From Xanthomonas campestris pv. campestris str. ATCC 33913 (lineage in GTDB: Bacteria > Pseudomonadota > Gammaproteobacteria > Xanthomonadales > Xanthomonadaceae), in the NCBI RefSeq assembly GCF_000007145.1, contig NC_003902.1:2077436-2109435 (forward strand): DNA of 32,000 nucleotides, read 5' to 3'. The stretch's first letter is position 1, and every line of letters starts with the position of its first letter. The position numbers and the translations under genes were made by a program. Positions 18,596 through 26,171 of this stretch are shown here, in pieces. The notes beneath the pieces were generated by a model. It saw nothing but the letters and a program-made list of their open reading frames with translations, did no database searches and was not told where the DNA came from.

Positions 18596-19407
18596 TGTTA
18601 GATTTTCCTGCTCCCAAATGGCAGCGGCTCATAAGTTTGGTTGGCAATGAGGGGGAGGATGAAGTTCTTGATCGAATTATTGCTCATAGATCTCCGGGGA
18701 GAATTATCGGATCTAGAGTTTGCTTTCCGCAAGCATATAGTTCGCTCCTGGAGGTGATGAGGGAGCGCGATGAAAATCAAGCGTCGCATTTAAAGCAATT
18801 TATCGCGGGATGGTTTCAAAGTTTGCGCGATGCGGGATCCACAAGTGTTCCCCCTCCACACCGCACGCCATATTGGTGGAAGTCCTGTGCCGATGAGGCG
18901 TTTGGCATGCAGGGCAGTTATCACGGTTGCTGGTGCATTGAAGCAGCAGTCGTCGCAAGATTATGTCAAATAGACGATAGTGCCTGCGTGGAGATGCCAT
19001 TTTATCCTGCCGACCTTGTCTCAGACGGCCGAAGCCCTCGATACCCTGATGTCCCATCTTCTTTTGAGCTCAGGCTGGATCAAAAAAAGAAGAGTTTTAG
19101 TGGGCTAAGAGGAATATTTAATTTCCGTAAAAAGTGAATTCGACCTGATCGCCACCGGCGGTGGTGAAGACAGCAACCTCCTGGTGCGCGGCAGCGACAT
19201 CAAAGCCGGCAACAACCTGCTGTTGGCTGCCGACAACAACATCACCCTGGAAGCGGCGCAGGACACCTTCGAGCAGCACAGCACCAGCAAGAGCAAGAGT
19301 GCAGCGATCGGCGTGGCGGTCACCTATGGTGCGGACGACTTTGCCGCCGGCATCACCGCCAGCGCCAGTGGCTCGCGTGGCAAGGCCGGTGATAACGGGG
19401 TCAGGTT

Positions 19408-20757
19408 CTAAGGTATCCCCACGTTTTACACCGTAAGCGTCATCTGCTCGCGCACTGCCGCAGGCAGTGCGCGCAAGCGCCCTATCCACCGTGAGACGGG
19501 TTCCATCGGCCACTGCCTGACCAGCGCTTCTCGGCCGATGCGTAGCGTGGAGTAAAGCTTGCGTGTGCTGTTGCGAGGAGACAGCCACTGGGCGATACCG
19601 GTCGCTTCGCATCCCAGCCCCGCCAACCAGCTGGCGAATGCAGCCAACGTATTGATCAGCAGCAGGATCTGCAGTCGCTCGCCGCGTCGGGTCAAACTGT
19701 CTTCCAGCGCCTGGCCGTAGCGATGTGATTTCAGATCGCGAAATGCAAGCTCGATCTGCATCCGTCGTGCGTACACATTGACCAACTGCTTTGCGCTGGG
19801 CGCCTGCAGCTGCGGGGATGCAACGATGAGCCAAGGCTCGCGCTCGCGCGCTGCGGCCTTCAGACTCGATGACGCACGCGAGACTTTGGCGGGTGAGCGG
19901 CGATTGCACTGTTTGCGCCCTTGCCGTGCCTTGGCGTAAATCACCAACCTGCAATCGAGTGGATCGCTGCGATTGGCCTGCATCGGCGGTAACTCGCATG
20001 CACGATTGGACGCCAACACATGCAGTTTCCGGCTGTCGATCCACTGATCTGCTTCATCCCGCACGTCCTGCGGCTTGACTTGCGTGCGCCCGCGCAGTCG
20101 CCCAACCCAACACCAGCCCATGGCCGATACAGCGCGGAACCACGGTGTCCGGAAGCCGGCGTCAGTGACCAGGATCGGGCGAACATCGTCCGGAACCAGT
20201 GCCCTCAGTTGTTGCAAGAAGCGTCTTTCTGCACCAGGCGATCCCTGCTGCTTTCCTGGCACTACCATGTCCAGCAAGGTAAGCGTGCGGCCGCCCACCG
20301 GCACCGCTGCGCGCAGCAGACACCACGATTTGTCTGGCTTCAGATCGCTCCAGTCGATGACGATTACCGGCTGCGCGCCGCGCAGCAGCCAGTGCGCCAT
20401 CTCGTGGTCGATCACTGATCGCTCGACCTGCAAATTGCGATTACTCAACAGGCGATCAACTGCCTTGAGCGGCGCGCGCACCCGCAGTGCGCTCGGCCAC
20501 GAACGTGCGATGTCCATCAGTGTCAGCCTGCGTCCGTGCAACAACGCCTCGACCGCATGCAGCAACGCGCGTTCGCGCAACGCATGCATCCCGGACAGTG
20601 AGTTGGGCAGGCACTTCTGCAATACTTCGCTGGCGCGCATGGTCGTCAACCTTCTCTGGCTTAGTCACCTTGAAGATTGCGCCATGCGCGCACTTTCTTC
20701 CAGGCAATTACGTCGCAAGTGATTGATTTGCCAGGAGGAAATGTGGGGAAACCTCAG
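19408..20757 (-). mobile_element. IS4-family insertion sequence (IS10-like), 1350 bp, with 9-bp target-site duplication
   Basis: Inverted repeats: CTAAGGTATCCCCACGTTTT (19408-19427) against the reverse complement of 20738-20757, CTGAGGTTTCCCCACATTTC (16 of 20 identical, IS10-like CTGAG..ATCCCC ends). The direct repeat GGTCAGGTT flanks both ends (19399-19407 and 20758-20766). Confidence 0.85.
19426..20640 (-). CDS. IS4-family DDE transposase
   Basis: The tracked ORF 19426..20649 starts at a TTG; the likely start is the ATG at 20638-20640 (MRASEVLQK..). It carries the IS4 Y-(2)-R-(3)-E-(6)-K signature in YARRMQIELAFRDLK. About 404 aa, comparable to the IS10 transposase. Confidence 0.85.
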   Translation of the reverse strand: MRASEVLQKCLPNSLSGMHALRERALLHAVEALLHGRRLTLMDIARSWPSALRVRAPLKAVDRLLSNRNLQVERSVIDHEMAHWLLRGAQPVIVIDWSDLKPDKSWCLLRAAVPVGGRTLTLLDMVVPGKQQGSPGAERRFLQQLRALVPDDVRPILVTDAGFRTPWFRAVSAMGWCWVGRLRGRTQVKPQDVRDEADQWIDSRKLHVLASNRACELPPMQANRSDPLDCRLVIYAKARQGRKQCNRRSPAKVSRASSSLKAAAREREPWLIVASPQLQAPSAKQLVNVYARRMQIELAFRDLKSHRYGQALEDSLTRRGERLQILLLINTLAAFASWLAGLGCEATGIAQWLSPRNSTRKLYSTLRIGREALVRQWPMEPVSRWIGRLRALPAAVREQMTLTV

Positions 20758-20943
20758 GGTCAGGTTCACTTATCAAGTGAGCCGGCGTCAGTTTAACGAC
20801 TGGCAGCCTCGCCTAAAGTTGATTCATCCATGATCACAGGTCTGCGCTCTGTTTGCATCGCCTGGACAGTCTATGTGGCAACGTGCGCGACATTCGAATG
20901 CCTGAATAGCATGCGCTCACTCGCTAGCTGTATGGAGATGTCG

Positions 20944-21431
20944 ATGACAAAGAAAGCGCAGTGGCTTGGACTGGTGGGCTGGTTGGTGCTCTGCTATCTG
21001 GTGGCGGCTTGGGAGCGGCGGCGTCGATCCAGGCAGCCAGCTTCTACGCCGGGTTGCAGCGGCCGGGCTGGGCACCGCCGGGGTGGTTGTTCGGGCCGGT
21101 GTGGACTGTGTTGTACGGGATGATGGCGGTGTCGGTGTGGTTGATCTGGCGGCGTGGCGGGTGGGGTGGGGCGCGCGGTGCGCTGACCGTGTTCGTGTTG
21201 CAGCTGGGGCTCAATGGGTTGTGGAGCTGGCTGTTCTTTGCGTGGCACATGGGGGCGTGGGCATTTGCCGATATCGTGGCGCTGTGGTTGGCGCTGGTGG
21301 CGACCATCGTGACGTTCGCTCGGCACAGCCGTAGTGCTGCGTGGTTGTTGGTTCCCTATCTGCTGTGGATCAGCTTTGCGGCGGCGCTGAACTATGCGGT
21401 GTGGCAGCTCAATCCTCAGCTGCTTGGGTGA
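20944..21431 (+). CDS. tspO: TspO/MBR tryptophan-rich sensory protein, with an apparent frameshift near 21004-21012
   Basis: Frame B (GTG 20961..21431) encodes the conserved body: FYAGLQRPGWAPPGWLFGPVWTVLY..LNGLWSWLFF..LLVPYLLW. The ATG at 20944, with GGAG 6 nt upstream, opens a different frame that encodes a textbook first transmembrane helix (MTKKAQWLGLVGWLVLCYLVAAW). My hand count of third-position GC favours frame A before about 21006 and frame B after it. Confidence 0.7.
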
Positions 21432-21975
21432 GCGGTAAGGTCCACGCGGCATGTTCGGGTCGCCTGGCTGCGTTGACTCTGCGTTGGAGCGCTGCGCGCG
21501 TAGCGAGCGCAAAACAATGATTTGGTCGTCCCAATTCTGGGAAAGACCTCGAAATGCTCAGCTGGCGTGTCGTCGTCCCTGACGTCCAGAGTCATTGCTT
21601 GCCGCTGGCCCTCATTGACCTGCATCAGATCATCGGAACCGCCGAAGTCCTAACTCTGCTGTGAAGCGAGCGACGCATTCGCTAGAAGCGAGCTCTGTAA
21701 AGCGCGCGACCAAGCCGCCAGAAGCGACGCCCGAAGCCAGGTCTCACACCTGCCAAGTTGCGCAGCGATCGACTCCGCGCCCATCAGAAAAGTTTCCATA
21801 GCAATCAATCGCTTGTGGTGGATTTGCTTAAATCTTTGTCCTGCAAGGCTTTCTGCATGCACGTGGCGTGGCGCGCAGCGCTTGCAACCCGGCCTGCTTG
21901 ACAGGCTTCACCCCGGTGATGTCTTTTGGATGCATGCGTAACGCCTTCGCCACCGCTTGCCCCGTGATGCCGCCG

Positions 21976-22062
21976 ATGCGGCCAGGTGCGGGCGTGGCCG
22001 GCATTACCACCACCATTACCACCGCCACCATTCGCCCGGTGCGGTCCGTCGTCTTCGCGTAA
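21976..22062 (+). CDS. thrL: candidate thr operon leader peptide (Thr/Ile-rich)
   Basis: MRPGAGVAGITTTITTATIRPVRSVVFA*. Six Thr and three Ile codons fall within 10 consecutive codons (22001-22030), about 95 nt upstream of thrA. The start is uncertain: in-frame ATGs also occur at 21967, 21934 and 21919, and none has a clear SD. A TTGACA sits at 21898-21903. Confidence 0.55.
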   Translation: MRPGAGVAGITTTITTATIRPVRSVVFA

Positions 22063-22116
22063 CTTCCGAAAACAACGGCCCCGCACCCGGATCAGGATGC
22101 GGGGGTCTCCCTCTCT
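22036..22116 (+). promoter_or_regulatory. candidate transcription attenuator (alternative antiterminator/terminator hairpins) upstream of thrA
   Basis: Terminator-like stem: CCCCGCA (22079-22085) pairs with TGCGGGG (22098-22104), followed by a T/C-rich stretch GTCTCCCTCTCTC. Competing stem: GGTGCGG (22038-22044, at the end of the leader ORF) pairs with CCGCACC (22081-22087) and overlaps the terminator's left arm. Confidence 0.5.
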
Positions 22117-22154
22117 CACCTGAAGCGGACGGGGCCTCCCAACGAGGTCTGTCG

Positions 22155-24662
22155 ATGTCATCGCCTGTCGTTTCTTTTGAACCCGCCGCTGTCCCAACGC
22201 CTTCCGCCCGCACCGTGGTGCATAAATTCGGTGGCACCTCGGTTGCCGATGCCGAGCGTTACCGGCATGTGGCGCAGCTGTTGCTGGCACGCGATGAGAC
22301 CGTGCAGGTGACGGTTGTCTCGGCGATGAAAGGCGTGACTGATGCGTTGATCGAGCTGGCCGAACTGGCCGCGCAGAATCGTCCAGAGTGGCGCGAGCGC
22401 TGGCATGAAACGCGTGCGCGCCATCGCGGTGCGGCGGTGGCGTTGCTGGGCGAGCATTCCGGGCCCACCGTGGAGTGGCTGGACGAGCGCTTCGAGCATC
22501 TGTCACAGATCCTTGCGGCGCTTGCAGTCATCGGCGAGCTGCCGCGCGAAGTGCTTGATCGCGTGCAGGGGCTGGGTGAGGTGTATTCCGCGCAGCTGCT
22601 CGGCGACCACTTCCGTGCACTGGGCGAAGACTGCGCAGTGCTGGATGCACGCGATGTGCTGGTGGTCAATCGTGGCGAGCTGGGCGTGGATGTGGACTGG
22701 GCGGTGAGCGCGCAGCGGCTGGACACCTGGCGGCAGGCGCATCCGCAGACGCGGGTGGTGGTCACCGGGTTTGTCGCGCGCGATCGCGGCGACCGCATCA
22801 CCACGCTGGGGCGTAACGGCAGCGATTATTCGGGCGCGATCTTCGCGGCCTTGTTCGATGCTCACGAGCTGCACATCTGGACCGACGTGGATGGGGTGCT
22901 CTCGGCCGATCCGCGCGTGGTGCCCGAGGCGGTGCAGCTGGAAACCCTGAGTTACGACGAAGCCTGCGAGCTAGCCTATTTCGGCGCGAAGGTCGTGCAT
23001 CCGCAGACCATGTCGCCGGCGATCGAGCGCGGTTTGCCGATCATCATCCGCAATACGTTCCAACCCGAACATCCGGGCACGCGCATCACCGCCAGCAGTG
23101 CGGTGAGCGGGCCGATCAAGGGGCTGACGCTCAGCCCGGATCTGGCGGTACTGAATCTGGAAGGCACCGGCCTGATCGGTGTGCCGGGGACGGCCGAGCG
23201 TGTGTTCGCGGCGCTGCGCACGGCGCAGGTGTCGGTGGTGATGATCTCGCAAGGCTCGTCGGAACATTCGATCTGCTGCGTGGTCAAGCAGCATGAATCC
23301 GAGCGTGCGCGCAATGCGCTGCTGCAGGCATTTGCGCACGAGATCACGGTTGGCCAGGTGCAGCGCGTGCAGTTGACCACCGGCATCAGCGTGCTGGCGG
23401 CGGTGGGCGATGGCATGGCCGGGCAACCCGGTGTGGCGGCGCGGCTGTTCGAGTCGCTGGGCCGCGCGCAGGTCAATATCCTGGCGATTGCGCAGGGCTC
23501 TTCGGAGCGCAACATCTCGGTGGCGATCGATGCGGCGCATGCCACCAAGGCCTTGCGCGCGGCGCATGCCGGCTTCTGGTTGTCGCCACAGACGTTCTCG
23601 GTGGGTGTCATCGGGCCGGGCAATGTGGGTGCGGCGTTGCTGGATCAGCTGCGTACCGCGCAGCCGCAACTGCTCGGCAAGGCCAACCTGGATCTGCGCC
23701 TGCGTGGCGTGGTGTCGCGCGGGCGCATGTTGCTGGAAGAGCGCAGCGTGACCGGCGATTGGCGCGATGCATTTGCAGCGGCGTCTACGCCCACCGATCT
23801 GGAGCGCTTCACCGCGCATCTGCTCTCCGCGCACCTGCCGCATACGGTGATCATCGATTGCAGCGGCAGTGCGGAAGTGGCCGACCGCTATGCGGGCTGG
23901 CTGGCAGCCGGCATCCATGTGGTGACGCCGAACAAACAGGCCGGCTCCGGGCCGTTGGCGCGCTATGAGGCGATCCGTGCCGCCGCCGATGCCAGCGGTG
24001 CGCGCTTCCGCTACGAGGCCACGGTCGGCGCCGGCCTGCCGGTGATCACCACGCTGCGCGACCTGGTCGATACCGGCGATGCAGTGACCTCGATCGAAGG
24101 CATTTTCTCCGGCACGCTGGCGTGGCTGTTCAATAAATACGACGGCAGCGTGCCGTTCTCCGAGCTGGTGACGCAGGCGCGCGGCATGGGCTACACCGAG
24201 CCAGACCCGCGCGATGACCTGTCCGGCGTGGATGTGGCGCGCAAGTTGGTGATCCTGGCGCGCGAGGCGGGGCGGGCGATCAGCCTGGACGATGTCAGCG
24301 TGGAAAGCCTGGTGCCCGAGGCGTTGCGCCAGGCCAGCGTGGATGACTTCATGGCACAGCTGCAGACAGTGGACGCCGGCTTTGCGCAGCGGCTGGCCGA
24401 CGCGCATGCGCGCGGCAACGTGCTGCGCTATGTCGCGCAACTGCCGCCAGATCGCGCGCCCAGCGTGGGCCTGGTGGAATTGCCTGCGCACCATGCGTTC
24501 GCCAATCTTCGCCTGACCGATAACGTGGTGCAGTTCACCACGCGCCGCTACTGCGAGAACCCATTGGTGGTGCAAGGCCCGGGCGCAGGGCCGGAAGTGA
24601 CCGCGGCCGGCGTGTTTGCCGATCTGCTGCGCGTGGCGGCAGGCGAGGGGGCGCGCTTGTGA
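22155..24662 (+). CDS. thrA: bifunctional aspartate kinase / homoserine dehydrogenase I
   Basis: Lies within ORF 21957..24662. Start chosen at the ATG at 22155 ([22 protein letters not shown]). It has an aspartokinase N-terminus, ACT region and a C-terminal homoserine dehydrogenase ([17 protein letters not shown]). 835 aa. Confidence 0.9.
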
Positions 24663-25627
24663 ATCAGATGGTGGACATGAGCCACGCCGTGCCCACCGCG
24701 CGTGGGCTGCGCGAGGCGCGCGCATTTGCGCCGGCGTCGGTGGCCAACGTGGCGGTGGGCTTCGACCTGTTGGGCTACCCGCTGGATGGCGTGGGCGACA
24801 CCGTGACCGTGCGCCGCATCGACGCGCCGGTGGTGCGGATTGCCGCCATTCGCGGCACCACCGTGGCGCTGCCGCTGGAGGCCGAGCGCAACACCGCCGG
24901 CGCGGCGTTGATGTCGCTGCGTGCGGCATTGGCGCTGCCGTTCGGCTTTGAACTGGAGATCGACAAGGGCATCGCCTTGAGTTCGGGCATGGGCGGCTCC
25001 GCTGCCTCGTGCGTGGCTGCGCTGGTGGCGGCGAATGCCTTGCTGGACACACCTATCAGCACCGACCAGCTCTATCAGCACGCACTCGATGGCGAAGCGG
25101 TGGCCAGTGGCAGCCGGCATGGCGACAACCTGGGGCCGTTGTTCCTGGGCGGGCTGGTGCTGTGCACCTTGGAGCGGCTGGTGCCGATCGCAGTGCCGGA
25201 GGCGTGGCACAGCCTGGTGGTACATCCGGAGGCAGTGCTGGAAACCCGCCGCGCGCGCGAAGCCCTGGCTGGCGACTACCGCCTGAGCGAGTTCGTGGCG
25301 CAGAGCACCAACCTGGCGCTGGTACTGGCCGGCTGCCATGCCGGCGATGCGGACCTGGTCCGTGCCGGCCTGCGCGATGTGCTGGTCGAGCCGCGGCGTG
25401 CGCCCTTGATTGCCGGCTTTGCGCAGGCGAAACAGGCTGCGCTTGCGCATGCTGCGCTGGGCGCCAGTATTTCCGGTGCCGGCCCCAGCGTGTTTGCCTG
25501 GTTCGAAACCCGCGCGGCTGCCGCGGCGGCGGCGCCGGCGGTGCAGGCCGCATTCGCCGGCGTGGGCCTGGACAGCCAGGCCTGGGTGACGCCGATTAAC
25601 AGCCCCGCGGCACGGCTGCTTGCATGA
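24659..25627 (+). CDS. thrB: homoserine kinase
   Basis: GHMP kinase motif [14 protein letters not shown]. The GTG at 24659 overlaps the thrA stop (GTGA). Alternative ATG starts lie at 24668 and 24677 ([10 protein letters not shown]..). Confidence 0.85.
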
Positions 25628-25658
25628 GCCAGCGCACGCGTTGTTCGATCAAGCATCA

Positions 25659-25685
25659 GCGGTGCGCGCAGCATGCACGCACCGC
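25659..25685. terminator. possible bidirectional terminator hairpin between convergent thrB and the EthD gene
   Basis: Perfect 8-bp stem, GCGGTGCG...CGCACCGC, with an 11-nt loop. It lies 32 nt after the thrB stop and 10 nt after the EthD stop. Neither side has a clear U tract. Confidence 0.35.
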
Positions 25686-25695
25686 GATGGCATGT

Positions 25696-26010
25696 TCATC
25701 CCACGACCACTTCGCTGATCTGCATGACTGGCGCGAGATCGGTGTAGTTGGCGATATCGGCAAGTATCTCGGCCGCGTGCGGCCCGAAGCTGCCGTTGAA
25801 GGCCTCGACCGAATCGCAAAAGATGTGGCACATCCCGATGTACGGCGGCGTGCTGCCGGGCTCACCGCCGCTGATGCCCTTGTCCACCGTGTAGCTGAGG
25901 CAGGCCGCGCCCATGCGCGCGCTCAACAACGGCATGTGGGTGTCGCTGTAGTAGGTGTGGTCGAAGCGGGCGCCATCGCGGTACGGGTACATCACACTGA
26001 CCTTGATCAT
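25696..26010 (-). CDS. EthD-family protein (small dimeric alpha/beta barrel, TIGR02118-like)
   Basis: Lies within ORF 25696..26118. Start chosen at the ATG at 26008-26010 (MIKVSVMYPYRDGARFDHTYYSDTHMPLL..). 104 aa, typical of the family. Confidence 0.7.
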   Translation of the reverse strand: MIKVSVMYPYRDGARFDHTYYSDTHMPLLSARMGAACLSYTVDKGISGGEPGSTPPYIGMCHIFCDSVEAFNGSFGPHAAEILADIANYTDLAPVMQISEVVVG

Positions 26011-26171
26011 TTGCGGGCTCCACGGGAAGGTGCGCGCAGCATAGCGCCGCGCCGGCAACCCCGTGCGACCGCCTGGCGGCGCGCCGCGATGTCCAATGCC
26101 GCCGCTCACCCGCAGCATCCGCCTTTCTCGTTGGTGGGCGCTGGCCCGTTTCCGCTCTGCCTGGAGTCCGC

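Larger units (their letters stand above)
16814..19137 (+). pseudogene. low-GC polymorphic-toxin immunity-like gene (resembles the DUF1910/DUF1911 'PoNi'-type family), 5'-truncated by the IS3 element and split by the IS5 element
   Basis: The reading frame runs 16814-17087 (..YRYSRGDDINLIGRRFDTLLDSWEK..) and resumes at 18600-19137 (..WWKSCADEAFGMQGSYHGCWCIEAAVVARLCQIDDSACVEMPFYPADLV..). Removing 17088-18599 (1512 nt, which is 3 x 504) restores the frame. No start codon remains. The family assignment is from my memory of the G(Y/C)W-x-E-AA...DDS...YP-DL pattern and is not a search result. Confidence 0.45.
19139..20833 (+). pseudogene. orphan fhaB/cdiA-like internal (FHA-2/pretoxin-like) fragment, interrupted by the IS10-like element
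   Basis: A high-GC frame begins right after the immunity-like gene's stop: FDLIATGGGEDSNLLVRGSDIKAGNNLLLAADNNITLEAAQDTFEQHSTSKSKSAAIGVAVTYG..SASGSRGKAGDNGVRF. Removing the IS plus one duplication copy (19408-20766, 1359 nt) continues the frame as TYQVSRRQ... to a stop at 20831-20833. It has no start codon, no TPS domain and no toxin domain. Confidence 0.55.

Noticed and set aside
21416-21862. Two small minus-strand ORFs (69 aa at 21416..21625 and 70 aa at 21650..21862) in the tspO-thrA intergenic region.
   Set aside because: They have no recognisable domains, no SD and mixed third-position GC. One overlaps the tspO 3' end and the other is built largely from the 36-bp duplicated motif.
21957-22154. 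The N-terminal extension of the thrA ORF, including the His-rich stretch HYHHHYHRHH.
   Set aside because: It is the Thr/Ile leader region read in another frame. The aspartokinase homology starts after the ATG at 22155, and the extension lacks a start context.
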